From NCBI GenBank assembly GCA_964016885.1, contig OZ024744.1:40486001-40550000 (forward strand): a stretch of DNA of 64,000 nucleotides, given 5' to 3'. This document shows, in pieces, positions 28,511-41,400 of this stretch (position 1 is its first letter; the number at the start of each line of letters is the position of its first letter). The position numbers and the translations under genes were made by a program. The notes under the pieces were generated by a model, which had not been told where the DNA came from, ran no database searches, and saw only the letters and a list, made by a program, of their open reading frames with translations. Source of the stretch: Eledone cirrhosa. Its lineage: Eukaryota.

Positions 28511-31500
28511 AATGGTAGTTTCCATCAACACAGCTTTATTTAAAAAGCCTAGCTTGACTCAATGTTATTGTAGTTTCCATCAACCCAGCTTTATTTACAA
28601 TGCCTAGCTTGACCGAAGGTAATGTTAGTTTCCATCTAACCAGCTGTATTTACAAAGTCTAGCTTGACTCAATGTAATGGTAGTTTCCATCAACCCAGCT
28701 ATATTTACAAAGCCTAGCTTGACTCAATCTAATGGTAGTTTCCATCAACCCAGCTTTATTTACAATGCCTAGCTTGACCGAAGGTAATGTTAGTTTCCAT
28801 CTAACCAGCTGTATTTACAAAGTCTAGCTTGACTCAAGGTAATGGTAGTTTCCATCAACCCTGCTTTATTTATAAAGCTTAGCTTGATCCAAGGTAATGG
28901 TAGTTACCATCAACCGTGCTTTATTTACAAAGCCTATCTTGACTCAAGGTAATGGTAGTTTACATCAACCCAGCTTTATTTACGATGCCTAGCTTGACTC
29001 AAGGTAATGGTAGTTTCCATTAACCCAGCTTTATTTACAAAGCCTAGCTTGACCCAAGGTAATGGTAGTTTCCATCAACCCAGCTTTATTTACAAAGCCT
29101 AGCTTGACTCAAGGTAATGGTAGTTTCCATCAACCCAGCTTTATTTACAAAGCCTAGCTTGACTCAAGGTAATGGTTGTTTCCATCAACCCAGCTTTATT
29201 TATAATACCTAGCTTGACTCAAGGTAATGGTAGTTTCCATCAACCCAACTTTATTTAGAAAGCCTAGCTTGACTCAAGGTAATGGTAGATTCCATCATCC
29301 CTGCTTTATTTACAAAGCCTAGCTTGACTCAAGGTAATGGTAGATTCCATCAACCCAACTTTATTACAAAGCCTAGCTTGACCCAAGGTAATGGTAGTTT
29401 CCATAAACCCAGCTTTATTTACAAAGCCTAGCTTGACTCAAGGTAATGGTAGTTTCCATCAACCAAGCTTTATTTACAAAGCCTAGCTTGACTCAAGGTA
29501 ATGGTAGATTCCATCAACCCAACTTTATTTACAAAGCCTAGCTTGACTCAAGGTAATGGTAGATTCCATCAACCCAGCTTTATTTACAAAGCCTAGCTTG
29601 ACTCAAGGTAATGGTAGTTTCCATCAACCCAGCTTTATTTACAAAGCCTAGCTTGACCCAAGATAATGGTAGTTTCCATCAATGCAGCTTTATTTACAAA
29701 GCCTATCTTGACTCAATGTAATGGTAGTTTCCATCAACCCAGCTTTATTTACAAAGCCTAGCTTGACTCAAGGTAATGGTAGTTTCCATCAACCCAGCTT
29801 TATTTACAAAGCCTAGCTTGACCGAAGGTAATGTTAGTTTCCATCTAACCAGCTGTATTTACAAAGTCTAGCTTGACTCAAGGTAATGGTAGTTTCCATC
29901 AACCCAGCTTTATTTACAAAGCCTAGCTTGACTCAAGGTAATGGTAGTTTCCATTAACCCAGCTTTATTTACAAAGCCTAGCTTGACTCAAGGTAATGGT
30001 AGTTTCCATCAACCCAGCTTTATTTACAAAGCCTAGCTTGACCCAAGATAATGGTAGTTTCCATCAATGCAGCTTTATTTACAAAGCCTATCTTGACTCA
30101 ATGAAATTGTAGTTTCCATCAACCCAGCTTTAGTTACAAAGCCTTACTTGACTCAAGATAATGGTAGATTCCATCACCCCAGCTTTATTTACAAAGCATA
30201 GCTTGACTCAAGGTAATGGTAGATTCCATCAACCCAGCTCTATTTACAAAGCCTAGCTTGACTCAAGGTAATGGTAATTTCCATCAACCCAACTTTATTT
30301 AGAAAGCCAAGCTTGACTCAAGGTAATGGTAGATTCCATCAACCCAGCTTTATTTACAAAGCCTAGCTTGACTCAAGGTAATGGTAGTTTCCATCAACCC
30401 AACTTTATTTACAAAGTCTAGCTTGACTCAAGGTAATGGTAGATTCTATCAACCCAGCTTTATTACAAAGCCTAGCTTGACCCAAGGTAATGGTAGTTTC
30501 CATCAACCCAGTTTTATTTACAAAACCTAGCTCGACACAAGGTAGGGGTAGTTTCCATCAACCCAGCTTTATTTACAATGCCTAGCTTGACCGAAGGTAA
30601 TGTTAGTTTCCATCTAACCAGCTGTATTTACAAAGTCTAGCTTGACTCAAGGTAATGGTAGTTTCCATCAACCCAGCTTTATTTACAAAGCCTAGCTTGA
30701 CTCAAGGTAATGGTAGTTTCCATCAACCCAGCTTTATTTACAAAGCCTAGCTTGACTCAAGGTAATGGTAGTTTCCATCAACCCAGCTTTATTTACAATG
30801 CCTAGCTTGACTCAATGTAATTGTAGTTTCCATCAACCCAGCTTTATTTACAAAGCATAGCTTGACCCAAGGTAATGGTAGTTTCCATCAACACAGCTTT
30901 ATTTAAAAAGCCTAGCTTGACTCAATGTTATTGTAGTTTCCATCAACCCAGCTTTATTTACAATGCTTAGCTTGACCGAAGGTAATGTTAGTTTCCATCT
31001 AACCAGCTGTATTTACAAAGTCTAGCTTGACTCAATGTAATGGTAGTTTCCATCAACCCAGCTATATTTACAAAGCCTAGCTTGACTCAATGTAATGGTA
31101 GTTTCCATCAACCCAGCTTTATTTACAATGCCTAGCTTGACCGAAGGTAATGTTAGTTTCCATCTAACCAGCTGTATTTACAAAGTCTAGCTTGACTCAA
31201 GGTAATGGTAGTTTCCATCAACCCTGCTTTATTTATAAAGCTTAGCTTGATCCAAGGTAATGGTAGTTACCATCAACCGTGCTTTATTTACAAAGCCTAT
31301 CTTGACTCAAGGTAATGGTAGTTTACATCAACCCAGCTTTATTTACGATGCCTAGCTTGACTCAAGGTAATGGTAGTTTCCATTAACCCAGCTTTATTTA
31401 CAAAGCCTAGCTTGACCCAAGGTAATGGTAGTTTCCATCAACCCAGCTTTATTTACAAAGCCTAGCTTGACTCAAGGTAATGGTAGTTTCCATCAACCCA

Positions 31501-34500
31501 GCTTTATTTACAAAGCCTAGCTTGACTCAAGGTAATGGTTGTTTCCATCAACCCAGCTTTATTTATAATACCTAGCTTGACTCAAGGTAATGGTAGTTTC
31601 CATCAACCCAACTTTATTTAGAAAGCCTAGCTTGACTCAAGGTAATGGTAGATTCCATCATCCCTGCTTTATTTACAAAGCCTAGCTTGACTCAAGGTAA
31701 TGGTAGATTCCATCAACCCAACTTTATTACAAAGCCTAGCTTGACCCAAGGTAATGGTAGTTTCCATAAACCCAGCTTTATTTACAAAGCCTAGCTTGAC
31801 TCAAGGTAATGGTAGTTTCCATCAACCAAGCTTTATTTACAAAGCCTAGCTTGACTCAAGGTAATGGTAGATTCCATCAACCCAACTTTATTTACAAAGC
31901 CTAGCTTGACTCAAGGTAATGGTAGATTCCATCAACCCAGCTTTATTTACAAAGCCTAGCTTGACTCAAGGTAATGGTAGTTTCCATCAACCCAGCTTTA
32001 TTTACAAAGCCTAGCTTGACCCAAGATAATGGTAGTTTCCATCAATGCAGCTTTATTTACAAAGCCTATCTTGACTCAATGTAATGGTAGTTTCCATCAA
32101 CCCAGCTTTATTTACAAAGCCTAGCTTGACTCAAGGTAATGGTAGTTTCCATCAACCCAGCTTTATTTACAAAGCCTAGCTTGACCGAAGGTAATGTTAG
32201 TTTCCATCTAACCAGCTGTATTTATAAAGTCTAGCTTGACTCAAGGTAATGGTAGTTTCCATCAACCCAGCTTTATTTACAAAGCCTAGCTTGACTCAAG
32301 GTAGTGGTAGTTTCCATTAACCCAGCTTTATTTACAAAGCCTAGCTTGACTCAAGGTAATGGTAGTTTCCATCAACCCAGCTTTATTTACAAAGCCTAGC
32401 TTGACCCAAGATAATGGTAGTTTCCATCAATGCAGCTTTATTTACAAAGCCTATCTTGACTCAATGAAATTGTAGTTTCCATCAACCCAGCTTTAGTTAC
32501 AAAGCCTTACTTGACTCAAGATAATGGTAGATTCCATCACCCCAGCTTTATTTACAAAGCATAGCTTGACTCAAGGTAATGGTAGATTCCATCAACCCAG
32601 CTCTATTTACAAAGCCTAGCTTGACTCAAGGTAATGGTAATTTCCATCAACCCAACTTTATTTAGAAAGCCTAGCTTGACTCAAGGTAATGGTAGATTCC
32701 ATCAACCCAGCTTTATTTACAAAGCCTAGCTTGACTCAAGGTAATGGTAGTTTCCATCAACCCAACTTTATTTACAAAGTCTAGCTTGACTCAAGGTAAT
32801 GGTATATTCTATCAACCCAGCTTTATTACAGAGCCTAGCTTGACCCAAGGTAATGGTAGTTTCCATCAACCCAGCTTTATTTACAAAGCCTAGCTTGACA
32901 CAAGGTAAGGGTAGTTTCCATCAACCCAGCTTTATTTACAATGCCTAGCTTGACCGAAGGTAATGTTAGTTTCCATCTAACCAGCTGTATTTACAAAGTC
33001 TAGCTTGACTCAAGGTAATGGTAGTTTCCATCAACCCAGCTTTATTTACAAAGCCTAGCTTGACTCAAGGTAATGGTAGTTTCCATCAACCCAGCTTTAT
33101 TTACAAAGCCTAGCTTGACTCAAGGTAATGGTAGTTTCCATCAACCCAGCTTTATTTACAATGCCTAGCTTGACTCAATGTAATTGTAGTTTCCATCAAC
33201 CCAGCTTTATTTACAAAGCATAGCTTGACCCAAGGTAATGGTAGTTTCCATCAACACAGCTTTATTTAAAAAGCCTAGCTTGACTCAATGTTATTGTAGT
33301 TTCCATCAACCCAGCTTTATTTACAATGCTTAGCTTGACCGAAGGTAATGTTAGTTTCCATCTAACCAGCTGTATTTACAAAGTCTAGCTTGACTCAATG
33401 TAATGGTAGTTTCCATCAACCCAGCTATATTTACAAAGCCTAGCTTGACTCAATGTAATGGTAGTTTCCATCAACCCAGCTTTATTTACAATGCCTAGCT
33501 TGACCGAAGGTAATGTTAGTTTCCATCTAACCAGCTGTATTTACAAAGTCTAGCTTGACTCAAGGTAATGGTAGTTTCCATCAACCCTGCTTTATTTATA
33601 AAGCTTAGCTTGATCCAAGGTAATGGTAGTTACCATCAACCGTGCTTTATTTACAAAGCCTATCTTGACTCAAGGTAATGGTAGTTTACATCAACCCAGC
33701 TTTATTTACGATGCCTAGCTTGACTCAAGGTAATGGTAGTTTCCATTAACCCAGCTTTATTTACAAAGCCTAGCTTGACCCAAGGTAATGGTAGTTTCCA
33801 TCAACCCAGCTTTATTTACAAAGCCTAGCTTGACTCAAGGTAATGGTAGTTTCCATCAACCCAGCTTTATTTACAAAGCCTAGCTTGACTCAAGGTAATG
33901 GTTGTTTCCATCAACCCAGCTTTATTTATAATACCTAGCTTGACTCAAGGTAATGGTAGTTTCCATCAACCCAACTTTATTTAGAAAGCCTAGCTTGACT
34001 CAAGGTAATGGTAGATTCCATCATCCCTGCTTTATTTACAAAGCCTAGCTTGACTCAAGGTAATGGTAGATTCCATCAACCCAACTTTATTACAAAGCCT
34101 AGCTTGACCCAAGGTAATGGTAGTTTCCATAAACCCAGCTTTATTTACAAAGCCTAGCTTGACTCAAGGTAATGGTAGTTTCCATCAACCAAGCTTTATT
34201 TACAAAGCCTAGCTTGACTCAAGGTAATGGTAGATTCCATCAACCCAACTTTATTTACAAAGCCTAGCTTGACTCAAGGTAATGGTAGATTCCATCAACC
34301 CAGCTTTATTTACAAAGCCTAGCTTGACTCAAGGTAATGGTAGTTTCCATCAACCCAGCTTTATTTACAAAGCCTAGCTTGACCCAAGATAATGGTAGTT
34401 TCCATCAATGCAGCTTTATTTACAAAGCCTATCTTGACTCAATGTAATGGTAGTTTCCATCAACCCAGCTTTATTTACAAAGCCTAGCTTGACTCAAGGT

Positions 34501-35435
34501 AATGGTAGTTTCCATCAACCCAGCTTTATTTACAAAGCCTAGCTTGACCGAAGGTAATGTTAGTTTCCATCTAACCAGCTGTATTTATAAAGTCTAGCTT
34601 GACTCAAGGTAATGGTAGTTTCCATCAACCCAGCTTTATTTACAAAGCCTAGCTTGACTCAAGGTAGTGGTAGTTTCCATTAACCCAGCTTTATTTACAA
34701 AGCCTAGCTTGACTCAAGGTAATGGTAGTTTCCATCAACCCAGCTTTATTTACAAAGCCTAGCTTGACCCAAGATAATGGTAGTTTCCATCAATGCAGCT
34801 TTATTTACAAAGCCTATCTTGACTCAATGAAATTGTAGTTTCCATCAACCCAGCTTTAGTTACAAAGCCTTACTTGACTCAAGATAATGGTAGATTCCAT
34901 CACCCCAGCTTTATTTACAAAGCATAGCTTGACTCAAGGTAATGGTAGATTCCATCAACCCAGCTCTATTTACAAAGCCTAGCTTGACTCAAGGTAATGG
35001 TAATTTCCATCAACCCAACTTTATTTAGAAAGCCTAGCTTGACTCAAGGTAATGGTAGATTCCATCAACCCAGCTTTATTTACAAAGCCTAGCTTGACTC
35101 AAGGTAATGGTAGTTTCCATCAACCCAACTTTATTTACAAAGTCTAGCTTGACTCAAGGTAATGGTATATTCTATCAACCCAGCTTTATTACAGAGCCTA
35201 GCTTGACCCAAGGTAATGGTAGTTTCCATCAACCCAGCTTTATTTACAAAGCCTAGCTTGACACAAGGTAAGGGTAGTTTCCATCAACCCAGCTTTATTT
35301 ACAATGCCTAGCTTGACCGAAGGTAATGTTAGTTTCCATCTAACCAGCTGTATTTACAAAGTCTAGCTTGACTCAAGGTAATGGTAGTTTCCATCAACCC
35401 AGCTTTATTTACAAAGCCTAGCTTGACTCAAGGTA
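28026..35435. repeat. Higher-order repeat, period 2363 bp (43 monomers), about 3 copies
   Basis: AACACAGC 28530/30893, CAATGCTTAG 30961/33324, GTAGTGG 32301/34664 and GGTATATTCT 32801/35164, all at offset 2363. Confidence 0.9.
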
Positions 35436-38400
35436 GTGGTAGTTTCCATCAACCCAGCTTTATTTACAAAGCCTAGCTTGACTCAAGGTAATGGTAGTTT
35501 CCATCAACCCAGCTTTATTTACAAAGCCTAGCTTGACCCAAGATAATGGTAGTTTCCATCAATGCAGCTTTACTTACAAAGCCTAGCTTGACTCAAGGTA
35601 ATGGTAGTTTCCATCAACCCAGCTTTACTTACAAAGCCTAGCTTGACTCAAGATAATGGTAGTTTCCATCAACCCAGCTTTATTTACAATGCCTAGCTTG
35701 ACTCAATGTAATTGTAGTTTCCATCAACCCAGCTTTATTTACAAAGCATAGCTTGACCCAAGGTAATGGTAGTTTCCATCAACCCAGCTTTATTTAAAAA
35801 GCCTAGCTTGACTCAATGTAATGGTAGTTTCCATCAACCCAGCTTTATTTACAATGCCTAGCTTGACCGAAGGTAATGTTAGTTTCCATCTAACCAGCTG
35901 TATTTACAAAGTCTAGCTTGACTCAAGGTAATGGTAGTTTCCATCAACCCAGCTTTATTTACAAAGCCTAGCTTGACTCAATGTAATGGTAGTTTCCATC
36001 AACCCAGCTTTATTTACAATGCCTAGCTTGACCGAAGGTAATGTTAGTTTTCATATAACCAGCTGTATTTACAAAGTCTAGCTTAACTCAAGGTAATGGT
36101 AGTTTCCATCAACCCAGCTTTATTTACAAAGCCTAGCTTGATCCAAGGTAATGGTAGTTTCCATCAACCCAGCTTTATTCACAAAGCCTTACTTGACTCA
36201 AGGTAATGGTAGTTTCTATCAACCCAGCTTTATTTACAAAGCCTAGCTTGACCCAAGATAATGGTAGTTTCCATCAATGCAGCTTTACTTACAAAGCCTA
36301 GCTTGACTCAAGGTAATGGTAGTTTCCATCAACCCAGCTTTACTTACAAAGCCTAGCTTGACTCAAGATAATGGTAGTTTCCATCAACCCAGCTTTATTT
36401 ACAAACCTAGCTTGACACAAGGTAAGGGTAGTTTCCATCAACCCAGCTTTATTTACAATGCCTAGCTTGACCGAAGGTAATGTTAGTTTCCATCTAACCA
36501 GCTGTATTTACAAAGTCTAGCTTGACTCAATGTAATTGTAGTTTCCATCAACCCAGCTTTATTTACAAAGCATAGCTTGACCCAAGGTAATGGTAGTTTC
36601 CATCAACCCAGCTTTATTTAAAAAGCCTAGCTTGACTCAAGGTAATGGTATTTACATCAACCCAGCTTTATTTACAAAGCCTAGCTTGACTCAAGGTAAT
36701 GGTAGTTTCCATCAACCCAGCTTTATTTACAAAGCCTAGCTTGACTCAAGGTAATGGTAGTTTCCATCAACCCAGCTTTATTTACAAAGCCTAGCTTGAC
36801 CCAAGATAATGGTAGTTTCCATCAATGCAGCTTTACTTACAAAGCCTAGCTTGACTCAAGGTAATGGTAGTTTCCATCAACCCAGCTTTACTTACAAAGC
36901 CTAGCTTGACTCAAGATAATGGTAGTTTCCATCAACCCAGCTTTATTTACAATGCCTAGCTTGACTCAATGTAATTGTAGTTTCCATCAACCCAGCTTTA
37001 TTTACAAAGCATAGCTTGACCCAAGGTAATGGTAGTTTCCATCTAACCAGCTGTATTTACAAAGTCTAGCTTGACTCAAGGTAATGGTAGTTTCCATCAA
37101 CCCAGCTTTATTCACAAAGCCTAGCTTGACTCAAGGTAATGGTAGTTTCCATCAACCCAGCTTTATTTACAAAGCCTACCTTGACCCAAGATAATGGTAG
37201 TTTCCATCAATGCAGCTTTACTTACAAAGCCTAGCTTGACTCAAGATAATGGTAGTTTCCATCAACCCAGCTTTATTTACAAAGCATAGCTTGACTCAAG
37301 GTAATGGTAGTTTCCATCAACCCAGCTTTATTTAAAAAGCCTAGCTTGACTCAAGGTAATGGTATTTACATCAACCCAGCTTTATTTACAAAGCCTAGCT
37401 TGATCCAAGGTAATGGTAGTTTCCATCAACCCAGCTTTATTTACAAAGCCTTACTTGACTCAAGGTAATGGTAGTTTCTATCAACCAGGCTTTATTTACA
37501 GAGCCTAGCTTGACTCAAGGTAATGGTAGTTTCCATCAACCCAGCTTTATTTACAAAGCCTAGCTTGACTCAAGGTAATGGTAGTTTCCATCAACCCTGC
37601 TATATTTACAAATCTTAGCTTGATCCAAGGTAATGGTAGTTACCATCAACCGTGCTTTATTTACAAAGCCTATCTTGACTCAAGGTAATGGTAGTTTACA
37701 TCAACCCAGCTTTATTTACGATGCCTAGCTTAACTCAAGGTAATGGTAGTTTCCATTAACCCAGCTTTATTTACAAAGCCTAGCTTGACCCAAGGTAATG
37801 GTAGTTTCCATCAACCCAGCTTTATTTACAAAGCCTAGCTTGACTCAAGGAAATGGTAGTTTCCATCAACCCAGCTTTATTTACAAAGCCTAGCTTGACT
37901 CAAGGTAATGGTTGTTTCCATCAACCCAGCTTTATTTATAATACCTAGCTTGACTCAAGGTAATGGTAGTTTCCATCAACCCAACTTTATTTAGAAAGCC
38001 TATCTTGACTCAAGGTAATGGTAGAATCCATCATCCCTGCTTTATTTACAAAGCCTAACTTGACTCAAGATAATGGTAGTTTCCATCAACCCAATTTTAT
38101 TTACAAAGCCTAGCTTGACTCAAGGTAATGGTAGATTCCATCAACACAACTTTATTACAAAGCCTAGCTTGACCCAAGGTAATGTTAGTTTCCATAAACC
38201 CAGATTTATTTACAAAGCCTAGCTTGACTCAAGGTAATGGTAGTTTCCATCAACCCAGCTTTATTTACAAAGTCTAGCTTGACTCAAGGTAATGGTAGTT
38301 TCCATCAACCCAGCTTTATTTACAAAGCCTAACTTGACTCAAGGTAATGGTAGTTTCAATCAACTAAGCATTATTTACCATGCCTAGCTTGACTCAAGGT

Positions 38401-41400
38401 AATGGTAGATTCCATCAACCCAGCTTTATTTACAAAGCCTAGCTTGACTCAAGGTAATGGTAGATTCCATCAACCCAACTTTATTTACAAAGCCTAGCTT
38501 GACTCAAGGTAATGGTAGATTCCATCAACCCAGCTTTATTACAAAGCCTAGCTTGACTCAAGGTAATGGTAGTTTCCATCAACCCAGCTTTATTTACAAA
38601 GCCTAGCTTGACCCAAGGTAATGGTAGTTTCCATCAACCCAGCTATATTTACAAAGCCTAGCTTGACACAAGGTATTGGTAGTTTCCATCAAACCAGCTT
38701 TATTTACAATGCCTAGCTTGACCGAAGGTAATGGTAGTTTCAATCTAACCAGCTGTATTTACAAAGTCTAGCTTGACTCAAGGTAATGGTAGTTTCCATC
38801 AACCCAGCTTTATTTACAAAGTCTAGCTTGACTCAAGGTAATGGTAGTTTCCATCAACCCAGCTTTATTTACAAAGCCTAGCTTGACTCAAGGTAATGGT
38901 AGGTTCCATCAACCCAGCTTTATTTACAAAGCCTAGCTTGACCCAATATAATGGTAGTTTCCATCATGGCAGCTTTATTTACAAAGCCTATCTTGACTCA
39001 ATGTAATGGTAGTTTCCATCAACCCAGCTTTATTTACAAAGCCTAGCTTGACTCAAGGTAATGGTAGTTTCCATCAACCCAGCTTTATTTACAAAGCCTA
39101 GCTAGACCCAAGATAATGGTAGTTTCCATCAATGCAGCTTTATTTACAAAGCCTATCTTGACTCAATGAAATTGTAGTTTCCATCAACCCAGCTTTAGTT
39201 ACAAAGCCTTACTTGACTCAAGATAATGGTAGATTCCATCACCCCAGCTTTATTTACAAAGCATAGCTTGACTCAAGGTAATGGTAGATTCCATCAACCC
39301 AGCTCTATTTACAAAGCCTAGCTTGACTCAAGGTAATGGTAATTTCCATCAACCCATCTTTATTTAGAAAGCCTAGCTTGACTCAAGGTAATGGTAGATT
39401 CCATCAACCCAGCTTTATTTACAAAGCCTAGCTTGACTCAAGGTAATGGTAGTTTCCATCAACCCAACTTTATTTACAAAGTCTAGCTTGACTCAAGGTA
39501 ATGGTAGATTCTATCAACCCAGCTTTATTACAAGTCCTAGCTTGACCCAAGGTAATGGTAGTTTCCATCAACCCAGTTTTATTTACAAAGCCTATCTTGA
39601 CACAAGGTAAGGTTAGTTTCCATCAACCCAGCTTTATTTACAATGCCTAGCTTGACCGAAGGTAATGTTATATTCCATCTAACCAGCTGTATTTACAAAG
39701 TCTAGCTTGACTCAAGGTAATGGTAGTTTCCATCAACCCAGCTTTATTTACAAAGCCTAGCTTGACTCAAGGTAATGGTAGTTTCCATCAACCCAGCTTT
39801 ATTTACAAAGCCTAGCTTGACTCAAGGTAATGGTAGTTTCCATCAACCCAGCTTTATTTACAAAGCCTAGCTTGCCCCAAGATAATGGTAGTTTCCATCA
39901 ATGCAGCTTTACTTACAAAGCCTAGCTTGACTCAAGGCAATGGTAGTTTCCATCAACCCAGCTTTACTTACAAAGCCTAGCTTGACTCAAGATAATGGTA
40001 GTTTCCATCAACCCAGCTTTATTTACAATGCCTAGCTTGACTCAATGTAATTGTAGTTTCCATCAACCCAGCTTTATTTACAAAGCATAGCTTGACCCAA
40101 GGTAATGGTAGTTTCCATCAACCCAGCTTTATTTAAAAAGCCTAGCTTGACTCAATGTAATGGTAGATTCCATCAACCCAGCTTTATTTACAAAGCCTCG
40201 CGTGACCCAAGGTAATGGTAGTTTCCATCTAACCAGCTGTATTTACAAAGTCTAGCTTGACTCAAGGTAATGGTAGTTTCCATCAACCCAGCTTTATTTA
40301 CAAAGCCTAGCTTGACTCAATGTAATGGTAGTTTCCATCAACCCAGCTTTATTTACAATGCCTAGCTTGACCGAAGGTAATGTTAGTTTCCATCTAACCA
40401 GCTGTATGTACAAAGTCTAGCTTGACTCAAGGTAATGGTAGTTTCCATCAACTCTGCTTTATTTATAAAGCTTAGCTTGATCCAAGGTAATGGTAGTTAC
40501 CATCAACCGTGCTTTATTTACAAAGCCTATCTTGACTCAAGGTAATGGTAGTTTACATCAACCCAGCTTTATTTACAAAGCCTTACTTGACTCAAGGTAA
40601 TGGTAGTTTCTATCAACCCAGCTTTATTTACAGAGCCTAGCTTGACTCAAGGTAATGGTAGTTTCCATCAACCCAGCTTTATTTACAAAGCCTGGCTTGA
40701 CCCAAGATAATGGTAGTTTCCATCAATGCAGCTTTATTTACAAAGTCTATCTTGACTCAATGAAATTGTAGTTTCCATCAACCCAGCTTTAGTTACAAAG
40801 CCTTACTTGACTCAAGATAATGGTAGATTCCATCACCCCAGCTTTATTTACAAAGCATAGCTTGACTCAAGGTAATGGTAGATTCCATCAACCCAGCTCT
40901 ATTTACAAAGCTTAGCTTGACTCAAGGTAATGGTAATTTCCATCAACCCATCTTTATTTAGAAAGCCTAGCTTGACTCAAGGTAATGGTAGATTCCATCA
41001 ACCCAGCTTTATTTACAAAGCCTAGCTTGACTCAAGGTAATGGTAGTTTCCATCAACCCAACTTTATTTACAAAGTCTAGCTTGACTCAAGGTAATGGTA
41101 GATTCTATCAACCCAGCTTTATTACAAAGCCTAGCTTGACCCAAGGTAATGGTAGTTTCCATCAACCCAGTTTTATTTACAAAGCCTAGCTTGACACAAG
41201 GTAAGGTTAGTTTCCATCAACCCAGCTTTATTTACAATGCCTAGCTTGACCGAAGGTAATGTTAGTTTCCATCTAACCAGCTGTATTTACAAAGTCTAGC
41301 TTGACTCAAGGTAATGGTAGTTTCCATCAACCCAGCTTTATTTACAAAGCCTAGCTTGACTCAAGGTAATGGTAGTTTCCATCAACCCAGCTTTATTTAC

